From a virus: a stretch of 35,628 bases of DNA. The first letter of the stretch is position 1; every line of letters begins with the position of its first letter. This document shows positions 15,243-22,502 of the stretch, piece by piece. The DNA lies in IMG/VR virus record IMGVR_UViG_3300009507_000051, one strand, 5' to 3'. Under the pieces are notes generated by a model. The model ran no database searches. It was not told the origin of the DNA and worked only from the letters and a program-made list of their open reading frames with translations. Position numbers and translations under genes: made by a program.

Positions 15243-17609
15243 ATGTATATAGTATCAAAATCAATAATCGACACAGCACCTGAGCAAATCCTTGAAATCA
15301 CTTCAGATATCGAAAACACTATCGAACGCCTACGTGAAAACGTAAAGGCATCTGACATTATTATTAATGCAGAAGATTGCTTTGATATACAAACAGCTTT
15401 CCGCTTTCAATTAAAGTTTATCTTTAACGAGACTTTAACAAAACCTGCTGACTATAAAAAAGGAATTGATAAAGCAATCATCCTTTTAAATGCTCTTCAA
15501 TACGAAGAAGAAGTTGACGCAATAAAAACTAAAGTAAGAAACGCTTTTGTAAACGCGGTTCCAAGCATCATGTCTGAAGATGAAGCAATCAAAATAATCA
15601 ACAACGCGCCAAACACTAGCGCAAAAGAACAAATCAAATGCTCAATCATCAAAGGAATCTCAGACCGTAAAAACAAAGTAAGAAAGGCTGTTACTTTCCA
15701 AAGCGATCGCGTTATAAATGTTGAGGCAAACTACCAAGACGGAACAACTCTAACAAGTATCCAAAACAATAAAGGCGTACATATCGTAAACGGAGAAAAA
15801 GGAACAGGCAAGAGCGAACTACTTATCGAACTATTTAAAAGCGAAGTTGAGAAAGGTAACAGCCCAATGCTAATGAGCGCATCACGCGCACTATCTAGCT
15901 CAACCATCACAAAAGACATCGAGAAGTTTTACTACAAAAACATAATGGCAAACAGAGATATCGAAAACGGCAAAAGCATTGTAAGCCCACGTAAAGGTAT
16001 AATTGGCGTTATCAATACATTATTAATGCACGGCGACTTAGAGGCGCAACGAGCTAACACAAGCACGCTAATCATCGATGAAATCGAAGAGGTTCTAAAC
16101 CACATCTCAGGCTCAGCTGTTGGCCAAGGTACAATACAAGATCAGGCGGACTACTTACGTCAACTTGAACTAATGATGACAAGAGCGGATCGCGTTATAC
16201 TTACAGATGCTTTAGTATCTCAAAACACAATTGACATACTATTAAAGCTAGTATCAAAAAATACAAGATTCTATGAGCATAAGCAATTAAGCCAATTTGC
16301 TAAACCTGTTATCAAGTACACAAATGAAGCCCAACTTATCGAACACGCTAAGGAAGTATCAAGCAAATCAAAAATTGGCGTATTCTGTGACGGTTCACAC
16401 TCTGAAAAGGTATCTAAACTAAATGCCACTATTAATTCAATAGCAGACAAAAAGAACCACTCACTAATTGATAGTAACTTTATGACGGACAAAAACAAAT
16501 CTATCCTCCTAAAGGATCGCGCCAAATTTTCTAAAGATAATGACATTATTTTTTATAACTCGGCAGCAAAATGCGGACTTTCAATTAAGGATGCTGATTA
16601 CAAAAATACTTTCTTAATCTCTTGTGGTACTGTTAACCCAAATGAGCTTGTACAATCTTCTGCTCGCTTTAGAATGGCGGAAGAAGTAATGCTCGCATTC
16701 TCTGGAAACTTCAAAGACCGTGCATTACTTGCACCACTACTAGTAGCGGCAGACATTGCAGTTAAGCAGGTATCACCATCAGAGATTACAGACAAGCACG
16801 CGCACGACATGCTAAACGACCGTTACAAAAAACTAATCATCGACCGCATCATTTTCAAGAACCTAATGAAGCTTGACTATAAAAACACTTCACTTGTTAT
16901 GTTCGAGATGCTTGGCTATAAAGTTGAGTACATAAAGGAAAACGAAGAGAAGCAAAAGAAAGGCGCTAAATCACGCCGTAAAGGTAGCAACGAAGAAAAG
17001 GAGATGAGACGTAACAATGTAATCAACGCTCCTAAAATTGATAGCAAAGAAGCTACAAGCCTAAGAGACATTGGTGAATATAACTCACAGGATGCAAAAA
17101 ATAAGCTAGAAAGCTATAATATTCGTAGCTCATATAATGTTACTGATATTGACTTAGAACTTATGGAGTTCGATGCTGAAGGTAAAGGCCGTACTACAAT
17201 CAAAAACATGATTATCGCAAGAGACGGCGACCTTAAAGCAAAAACAACTGAAGAGCTTGTTAAGCAAGAGATGTTTAAAAAGTTCTTTGAATTAACTGGC
17301 ATTGATGCTAACGACTTTGGAACTTACAGTCAACAAGATGCGGTAGATTTTCAAGAGTTTATCGATGAAGGCAAAATACAAATAAACAAAGGTATGAGTA
17401 TGCCAGCAAAAACGGCTTTTGATATCGCCTTTAAAGACTGTAGCTTATGCCCTAAGACGCCAATGAAAACAATATCTAGTATACTTGTAACAGCGTTTAG
17501 GCTTAAGAAGCCTGCCAATAGCGGAATGAGAAAGCAAGGCAAATATATCTACATCGCAACTAAAAACGAAACAGCTGAGAAGTACTACACACAAGTAGCA
17601 GGAAAATAA
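15243..17609 (+). CDS. P-loop SF2-like helicase, putative replication initiator or origin-binding helicase (788 aa)
   Basis: - Walker A: NGEKGTGKSEL.
- Walker B / motif II: TLIIDEIEEV.
- TDA-type motif III: VILTDALVS.
- Motif VI-like: QSSARFR.
- About 200 aa of N-terminal and 270 aa of C-terminal non-helicase regions.
- The start at 15243 fits the conserved leader AAGAAGGTAATTAATATG. Confidence 0.55.
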   Translation: MYIVSKSIIDTAPEQILEITSDIENTIERLRENVKASDIIINAEDCFDIQTAFRFQLKFIFNETLTKPADYKKGIDKAIILLNALQYEEEVDAIKTKVRNAFVNAVPSIMSEDEAIKIINNAPNTSAKEQIKCSIIKGISDRKNKVRKAVTFQSDRVINVEANYQDGTTLTSIQNNKGVHIVNGEKGTGKSELLIELFKSEVEKGNSPMLMSASRALSSSTITKDIEKFYYKNIMANRDIENGKSIVSPRKGIIGVINTLLMHGDLEAQRANTSTLIIDEIEEVLNHISGSAVGQGTIQDQADYLRQLELMMTRADRVILTDALVSQNTIDILLKLVSKNTRFYEHKQLSQFAKPVIKYTNEAQLIEHAKEVSSKSKIGVFCDGSHSEKVSKLNATINSIADKKNHSLIDSNFMTDKNKSILLKDRAKFSKDNDIIFYNSAAKCGLSIKDADYKNTFLISCGTVNPNELVQSSARFRMAEEVMLAFSGNFKDRALLAPLLVAADIAVKQVSPSEITDKHAHDMLNDRYKKLIIDRIIFKNLMKLDYKNTSLVMFEMLGYKVEYIKENEEKQKKGAKSRRKGSNEEKEMRRNNVINAPKIDSKEATSLRDIGEYNSQDAKNKLESYNIRSSYNVTDIDLELMEFDAEGKGRTTIKNMIIARDGDLKAKTTEELVKQEMFKKFFELTGIDANDFGTYSQQDAVDFQEFIDEGKIQINKGMSMPAKTAFDIAFKDCSLCPKTPMKTISSILVTAFRLKKPANSGMRKQGKYIYIATKNETAEKYYTQVAGK

Positions 17610-17630
17610 TCAAAAAGGGGTGAAAGCCCC

Positions 17631-17659
17631 TTGACTTGTACAATAATATTATGTATTAT
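17631..17659 (+). promoter_or_regulatory. Promoter TTGACT-17-TATTAT overlapping the preceding hairpin
   Basis: The hairpin AAGGGG-TGAAAG-CCCCTT at 17615-17632 ends inside the -35 hexamer (17631-17636). The -10 is at 17654-17659. Confidence 0.5.
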
Positions 17660-17692
17660 TAATATATCTTAATAAATAAAGGTGAAAATAAG

Positions 17693-18004
17693 ATGAAAGA
17701 ATATAAACAAACATTAATTGAAGTTCTACATAAAGAGTTTAAAGACCAAAACACTTTCTTTGATATCTTTGCAGGTAAGGGCCTAGCATCAAACACATTT
17801 GAGTGGGACGAAAAAACACTACATGCTACTATGACAATCCCAAAAGGCGTTAAAGATATTGTCGACGATAGCTTTGAAATATTCACAGATACCGTCAGAG
17901 ACTTTATGAAAACTAAAGTAGCGCCAGAAGGTATGACGTACAGGGTTAATACGTACGAGCGTAAGGGTAATCTAATTCTAAAACTAGAAGCAAAGGTGAA
18001 GTAA
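17693..18004 (+). CDS. Hypothetical early protein (103 aa)
   Basis: RBS AAGGTG. The stop overlaps the next start (TAATG). Confidence 0.6.
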   Translation: MKEYKQTLIEVLHKEFKDQNTFFDIFAGKGLASNTFEWDEKTLHATMTIPKGVKDIVDDSFEIFTDTVRDFMKTKVAPEGMTYRVNTYERKGNLILKLEAKVK

Positions 18005-18519
18005 TGAAAACAATGACAGGTAAAGCATTTGAACAAAGGTTCAAGCAAGCCTGCGATGAGCAAGGCGTATTAATTATACGTCTTCGCGATGCAGGTTACC
18101 AAGGCGAGCAAACATCTCAAAGACGTTTTACGATAAAGAACGTTGCAGACTGTATTGTATTCGACGGAACAAAGTTTGTAGTATGTGAACTTAAACACAG
18201 AAAAAGCTCACTGGCATTTAAAGACATATCTCAATATAAAGACATCAAAAAGATTAATGATTTTATTGAGAGCAATGGCATGCACAATGCGACAGCCGGG
18301 CTACTGGTATGTTTTGGCTCAATGGACAAGATATACTGGGTACATATTGCAATGATAGATGAGCTTAAACACATGACGAGCAAAAAGTCATTTAATTTTA
18401 AAGACTGCCAAAAGCTTGAGTTAGATCATCCTTTGATGTGCATGAAGGTTGATGCGATCATACCGCCGAGAAAGCGCACACAACGCATAGATACGAGCTT
18501 TATAGGAGATGCAATATGA
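18004..18519 (+). CDS. PD-(D/E)XK nuclease, RecU-like Holliday junction resolvase
   Basis: 171 aa. The motif VADCIVFDGTKFVVCELKHRK fits D...E-x-K. The N-terminal GKAFEQRF resembles the RecU N-terminus. Confidence 0.5.
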   Translation: MKTMTGKAFEQRFKQACDEQGVLIIRLRDAGYQGEQTSQRRFTIKNVADCIVFDGTKFVVCELKHRKSSLAFKDISQYKDIKKINDFIESNGMHNATAGLLVCFGSMDKIYWVHIAMIDELKHMTSKKSFNFKDCQKLELDHPLMCMKVDAIIPPRKRTQRIDTSFIGDAI

Positions 18520-18869
18520 TAAACGCAGTATTAGGCAAAGTTACTAACGGGCCGTCTGAGTGCGTTATTGTTGGCAAATATGACAGAGGGGTTTTTACTT
18601 ATAGTTCATCTTCATATTGTAATGGTGTGTTAGATGAGGAAAAGGATTTTGCAAATATATTTGAAGTAGAAGACTATCTTAATAAGTGGTTACCTACATC
18701 TAAACTTAAGGTTTATGATATGGTATCTATAACAAGAATTTTTGAAGATATTGTAAATGATAAAAGTTTTTGTGCTTTTGATTATTATCTTCAGATGTAC
18801 GATCATGTGGAAGAGGTGGTGGATATGATAAATAATCTAAAAGAATGCTATAAATTAAGATTAATTTAA
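18516..18869 (+). CDS. Hypothetical early protein (117 aa)
   Basis: RBS AGGAG. ATGA overlap with the upstream gene. Confidence 0.6.
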   Translation: MINAVLGKVTNGPSECVIVGKYDRGVFTYSSSSYCNGVLDEEKDFANIFEVEDYLNKWLPTSKLKVYDMVSITRIFEDIVNDKSFCAFDYYLQMYDHVEEVVDMINNLKECYKLRLI

Positions 18870-18877
18870 AAAAACAC

Positions 18878-18938
18878 TTGCAATCTAATTAAGATTATTT
18901 AATAATACAAATATGGAAGGCGGAAAGTCCGCCTCCAT
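18878..18938 (+). promoter_or_regulatory. Early-type promoter TTGCAA-17-AATAAT plus strong 5' hairpin
   Basis: -35 at 18878-18883 and -10 at 18901-18906. Hairpin ATGGAAGGCGG-AAAGT-CCGCCTCCAT at 18913-18938, with one bulged A. Confidence 0.55.
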
Positions 18939-18963
18939 TAACTAAAATATAAGGTATATTATT

Positions 18964-19188
18964 ATGAACACTCAAACAAATAACTCAAAACAAGTAGCTT
19001 TCCGTATGTTACCAGTAGACCAGCAAATCGCTATCACTAAGAAGCGCAAAGAGAAGCAAGACGCTGAAGCAAATGCAATTATAATGAAGCAGTACAAACA
19101 GCGCGTACTTAGTGAAGTACTAGCAGTATCTGCATTAATTATGACAGCTACCGCAACAATCATCCTAGCAATCAACGGAGTGGCATAA
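18964..19188 (+). CDS. Hypothetical small protein with a C-terminal TM segment (74 aa)
   Basis: Conserved leader ATAAGGTATATTATTATG. C-terminal sequence VLAVSALIMTATATIILAINGVA. Confidence 0.55.
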   Translation: MNTQTNNSKQVAFRMLPVDQQIAITKKRKEKQDAEANAIIMKQYKQRVLSEVLAVSALIMTATATIILAINGVA

Positions 19189-19189
19189 A

Positions 19190-19408
19190 ATGGACAACAA
19201 ACATTATGAAAATTGGGAGTTGTTATCAAGTGCTATTGATGGCAACAGAGCAACCATAAAGCGAATGGAAGATTTGTTTAAACAGAACCCTAAAGGGGTA
19301 GATTTGAATAAACTAATTAGCATGATCGATCATGCTAAAGAAGACACAAAGAAGCTTGTTTTAGCAGAAACTAGAATATTTGGAGGCCCTTATTCAGTGC
19401 ATAAATGA
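19190..19408 (+). CDS. Hypothetical small protein (72 aa)
   Basis: RBS GGAGTGG. The start is 1 nt after the upstream stop. Confidence 0.55.
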   Translation: MDNKHYENWELLSSAIDGNRATIKRMEDLFKQNPKGVDLNKLISMIDHAKEDTKKLVLAETRIFGGPYSVHK

Positions 19409-19439
19409 TATTATAGGGCATACCATTTTAGTAATTTAA

Positions 19440-19469
19440 AGGGTGATTTTTTATGAATCGCCCTTTTTT
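19440..19469 (+). terminator. Intrinsic terminator
   Basis: AGGGTGATT-TTTTATG-AATCGCCCT (one G-U pair) followed by a T-run. Confidence 0.65.
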
Positions 19470-19566
19470 GTGTTTTGGCGCTGGTGGCGTGTAAAAATGC
19501 TTGGCGAGGTGGATAAAGTCGTTTAAAATCAATGCTTAGGCAAAATAATACGTTTTGTGATATCAA

Positions 19567-19674
19567 GTGCAACGTTTTGTGACACCCTATATATATAGTA
19601 ATTGCAAAAACGTTGCACTTACTTAATTCGCTACGCTCACTTTGTTTTTCTTTTTTGTTGTGTTTCCATTGGAT
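19567..19674 (+). repeat. Structured intergenic element, copy 3 (truncated and mosaic)
   Basis: Inverted repeat 19567-19580 / 19604-19618. The G-poor block is diverged. The second stem-loop has collapsed to CCATTGGAT (19666-19674). There is no A-rich tract or GC hairpin. Confidence 0.8.
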
Positions 19675-19728
19675 TTGTCAACCTGATAGCTGTTTTTGAA
19701 ATTATTTTAATTTATTTATAAAAAAGAC

Positions 19729-19779
19729 TTGCAATGTGTTTGATATTTAGTTATATTAATAATGTACCAACGGGGTACA
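19729..19779 (+). promoter_or_regulatory. Early-type promoter TTGCAA-17-TATATT plus 5' hairpin
   Basis: -35 at 19729-19734 and -10 at 19752-19757. Hairpin TGTACC-AACGG-GGTACA at 19763-19779. Confidence 0.55.
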
Positions 19780-19809
19780 CAATATTAATTAATAAGAAGG
19801 TATACTATT

Positions 19810-20256
19810 ATGAACACTCAAATTACTAAAAACGAAAACACTGTTAGCTTTAAATATTTCAACCCTGTATCAAAATCGTTTGATGTATACTATATCAATA
19901 AGGAAAGTTTGGCGGCCACGTTAGTAACAAAAGATGGTAATGTTATCATCGCAACAGATAATTCAATGAAGCAAGTTATTTATTTTCACGACAGAGAATT
20001 TGCTACAGAGTTCGCAGAGTCATTAATGATACTTGCAGACGCTTCACCTGTTATGGTTAAATCATTCTTGGACGGAATCTTTTTCATCCGCCACAACTCG
20101 TGCCCTATGGTTATATGCAAACACCAAGGTGATTATTTTAATCTTATAATTACCATTAAGGGACACGATCAGAACTCAAAACACGGTTTGTTTGTGCAAA
20201 AAGTAAGAGTACAGACAGAGAAGCAAGCAGAATATTTAATCAACCAATTAACTTAA
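19810..20256 (+). CDS. Hypothetical early protein (148 aa)
   Basis: Conserved leader AAGAAGGTATACTATTATG. A GC hairpin (GGAGGGC-TAA-GCCCTCC, 20267-20283) follows the stop. Confidence 0.6.
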   Translation: MNTQITKNENTVSFKYFNPVSKSFDVYYINKESLAATLVTKDGNVIIATDNSMKQVIYFHDREFATEFAESLMILADASPVMVKSFLDGIFFIRHNSCPMVICKHQGDYFNLIITIKGHDQNSKHGLFVQKVRVQTEKQAEYLINQLT

Positions 20257-20305
20257 TTATTAAACAGGAGGGCTAAGCCCTCCATAATCACAAAGGTAAA
20301 ACAAA

Positions 20306-20554
20306 ATGAAAAACGCACTTAACCCAGTAGACCAACGAGCAGCCAACAACCTAAAGTCAATATGGCTACAACATAAAGAAAAAAGAAAAACAACTCAATC
20401 AGAGTTCGCGGAGTCAATTGGCATAAGTCAAAGCAAGTTTGCTTTGTACTTAAATGGCCACTACCCTATCTCTCTCAACAACCTCGTTTTCTTTGCTGAC
20501 GCATTAGACTGCAACTGCTCAGATATTCGACCAGAAGTAAAGGATAAAAGATAA
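20306..20554 (+). CDS. XRE-family helix-turn-helix regulator (Cro/CI-like, 82 aa)
   Basis: TQSEFAESIGISQSKFALYLNG matches the HTH_XRE pattern. Confidence 0.65.
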   Translation: MKNALNPVDQRAANNLKSIWLQHKEKRKTTQSEFAESIGISQSKFALYLNGHYPISLNNLVFFADALDCNCSDIRPEVKDKR

Positions 20555-20787
20555 TGGAATACAGTTTATTATTATTTGTTTGGCCAGTGGCATTGATATT
20601 AGCAATGTCATTAGGCGCAACCATTGGTATCGGAATCTACCACCTCATCCACCTCACCGCGTCAACGATAGTTGATTTAACTTGTAACGCATCAGGGGCG
20701 ATTAAACAGGAGCGAGGCATACAAGACGTACTCAACTCAATCCAACGCCACAGGCGCAAGCGAGAGCGCGAGAAGGGGCGATCATAA
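20554..20787 (+). CDS. Small membrane protein with an Arg/Lys-rich tail (77 aa)
   Basis: Two hydrophobic segments, then RHRRKREREKGRS. The start overlaps the upstream stop (TAATG). Confidence 0.5.
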   Translation: MEYSLLLFVWPVALILAMSLGATIGIGIYHLIHLTASTIVDLTCNASGAIKQERGIQDVLNSIQRHRRKREREKGRS

Positions 20788-20814
20788 TTCCCGACTATAA
20801 AGAAAGAATCTACC

Positions 20815-20838
20815 GCAAGCCCTTGATTTAGGGCTTGC
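20815..20838 (+). terminator. Hairpin (possible terminator) with TTGATT in the loop
   Basis: GCAAGCCC-TTGATTTA-GGGCTTGC. There is no clean T-run, so its function is uncertain. Confidence 0.35.
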
Positions 20839-20869
20839 TATAGCAATAAAAAACAAAAGGTATAAGATT

Positions 20870-21364
20870 ATGAACATATCCACAGAATTAAAAAAGCACG
20901 TATCAGGTGAGTTAAGTATGTACAATAACAACAATATAATAAATATTGTACGCAAAAGACTAACAAACAAAGCTAATGAAAAAATAAAACTAATGGCATT
21001 TAATGTTAATGCAGCAAGAAAGCACCCACTAGTATCAGAAGTTACTTACGGCGTGACTAGCTATCATGACGATGATGTCGAATACTCAACAACAAGAATT
21101 AAGGTTAAAGTTGAGTTAGATGAGTTTAGGACAATATACAATATAGAATGCACAGCCAACGTTTGCGATGAGCTGTGTAAGTATATGTCCGACAGATTCG
21201 GGCGGGATGGGTTTATACTTTCTAATGAAATTGTAAGCTTAAATAGTAAAGATGAGGAAAAGAGACAGATGATAATTGATTTATTAAGTAGATTTGAAAA
21301 AACCCAAGAACAACAACCATCCACCACGCCCCGAACATTCGGGGCTTTTCATTACCTAAAATAA
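20870..21364 (+). CDS. Hypothetical early protein (164 aa)
   Basis: RBS AAAAGG. A terminator hairpin is embedded in the last codons. Confidence 0.55.
   Translation: MNISTELKKHVSGELSMYNNNNIINIVRKRLTNKANEKIKLMAFNVNAARKHPLVSEVTYGVTSYHDDDVEYSTTRIKVKVELDEFRTIYNIECTANVCDELCKYMSDRFGRDGFILSNEIVSLNSKDEEKRQMIIDLLSRFEKTQEQQPSTTPRTFGAFHYLK
21328..21349 (+). terminator. Intrinsic terminator inside the 3' end of the 20870..21364 CDS
   Basis: GCCCCGAA-CA-TTCGGGGC followed by TTTT. Confidence 0.55.
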
Positions 21365-21377
21365 TTTAAAATAAAAC

Positions 21378-21432
21378 TTGTAAAAAAAAATAATATTAAG
21401 TATTATTAATAATAAGTAAGGGGAAAGGCCCT
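21378..21432 (+). promoter_or_regulatory. Early-type promoter TTGTAA-17-TATTAT plus conserved leader (cassette A)
   Basis: -35 at 21378-21383 and -10 at 21401-21406. The leader GTATTATTAATAATAAGTAAGGGGAAAGGCCCTGACCTAAAATAATATAAGG is nearly identical to the leader starting at 21786. Confidence 0.55.
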
Positions 21433-21460
21433 GACCTAAAATAATATAAGGACTAATAAA

Positions 21461-21760
21461 ATGAAATTAATATCCATAAGAATCCCAGATAATCACCACA
21501 CACCTAACACGCTAGAATCTACCGCAGGAACAGCCCTAAGGCTAATCAACGGCAGGATGGCTAACAAAGTACTGATACTACTACCAAAGGCTACGCCGTT
21601 GCGTGAAGAGCTTTTTGAGCACAATGAAAAATCAAGCGTAAAAATAATTGAAGGTTACGAGAAAGCGGCGGCGGTAGATGTTGGCGAGTTCGATCATGTT
21701 ATATATGGCCCCGGCTCGTTTAAAAGTTTTTATGAAATAATTAAAAGTAATTTAAAATAA
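21461..21760 (+). CDS. Hypothetical early protein (99 aa)
   Basis: The ORF follows the cassette A leader. RBS TAAGGA. Confidence 0.55.
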   Translation: MKLISIRIPDNHHTPNTLESTAGTALRLINGRMANKVLILLPKATPLREELFEHNEKSSVKIIEGYEKAAAVDVGEFDHVIYGPGSFKSFYEIIKSNLK

Positions 21761-21763
21761 AGC

Positions 21764-21818
21764 TTGTATTAATATCCGGTATTTAGTATTATTAATAATA
21801 AGGAAGGGGAAAGGCCCT
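21764..21818 (+). promoter_or_regulatory. Early-type promoter TTGTAT-17-TATTAT plus conserved leader (cassette B)
   Basis: -35 at 21764-21769 and -10 at 21787-21792. Leader: GTATTATTAATAATAAGGAAGGGGAAAGGCCCTAACCTAAAATAAATAAGG. Confidence 0.55.
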
Positions 21819-21846
21819 AACCTAAAATAAATAAGGTAAAAATAAG

Positions 21847-22317
21847 ATGAATAATTTAATAAACAAAATCCAAAGCCAACTAGGTAAAATCGGAACAAGA
21901 GAAAATGTTTTCGACATGCTAACAGCTGAAGAGCTTAAGGTTATCTTTATTAATAAAGAAATTAATCCAAATAATGGTTTGGCTCTTGAAGATGAGTTTT
22001 TAAACTGTAACGGCCAACTACTTGAGCAAATGACTGACTCAAAAAATTGCGACACTGATTATTTTCATGAATTATTATTAGACCATTTAGAAGATATGGA
22101 TAATTCTGAGATTATCAAAACATACACCGAACACATCAACGCAATTGAAGGTGGCGAAGTACTTAGCGATAAGATGTTTGATTTTGTAAACAAAGAAACA
22201 ACACAAGAAACACTTGAAGCTTACAACCTATATAGAGAGGTAGAGGCGGCGTTAGATGCTGACGTAATGAAAGCTATTGAAAAATACCAAGATAAAGCAC
22301 TAAACCTAATGGAATAA
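21847..22317 (+). CDS. Hypothetical highly acidic early protein (156 aa)
   Basis: By eye, roughly 35 Asp+Glu against 13 Lys+Arg. RBS TAAGGT. Confidence 0.6.
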   Translation: MNNLINKIQSQLGKIGTRENVFDMLTAEELKVIFINKEINPNNGLALEDEFLNCNGQLLEQMTDSKNCDTDYFHELLLDHLEDMDNSEIIKTYTEHINAIEGGEVLSDKMFDFVNKETTQETLEAYNLYREVEAALDADVMKAIEKYQDKALNLME

Positions 22318-22323
22318 AAACAA

Positions 22324-22341
22324 AAGCCCCGAAAGGGGCTT
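22324..22341. terminator. GC hairpin AAGCCCC-GAAA-GGGGCTT
   Basis: The A-run is upstream and there is no T-run downstream. It therefore looks more like a minus-strand terminator or an RNA 3' stabiliser. Confidence 0.4.
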
Positions 22342-22362
22342 AAAAAATAAATAAAATAAAGC

Positions 22363-22391
22363 TTGACATTAAGTTCACTTAATATTATTAT
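22363..22391 (+). promoter_or_regulatory. Promoter TTGACA-17-TATTAT upstream of the packaging and head operon
   Basis: The -35 at 22363-22368 is consensus. The -10 is at 22386-22391. Confidence 0.6.
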
Positions 22392-22422
22392 ACTTATAAC
22401 ATATAAATACCTTATACTTTTA

Positions 22423-22446
22423 CCCCTTACTTGTAAGGGGTTTTTT
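22423..22446 (+). terminator. Intrinsic terminator in the leader between the promoter and terS
   Basis: CCCCTTA-CTTG-TAAGGGG followed by TTTTTT. It lies about 25-50 nt downstream of the expected transcription start and 57 nt upstream of the terS ATG. Confidence 0.7.
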
Positions 22447-22502
22447 ATTGATTAAATTATTATAACGTGATAAAATAAAAGAAACACTTTGAGGTTATAA
22501 AG

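Noticed and set aside
19470-19549. G-rich stretch with the short direct repeats ATGCTTGGC / ATGCTTAGGC, considered as a possible small RNA or tRNA-like gene
   Set aside because: I could find no cloverleaf, no promoter and no terminator. The only ORF is 13 codons. The evidence is insufficient.
22324-22341. The hairpin after the acidic-protein gene could be a + strand terminator
   Set aside because: It lacks a downstream T-run on the + strand, because the run of A lies upstream. I list it only as a hairpin of uncertain function.
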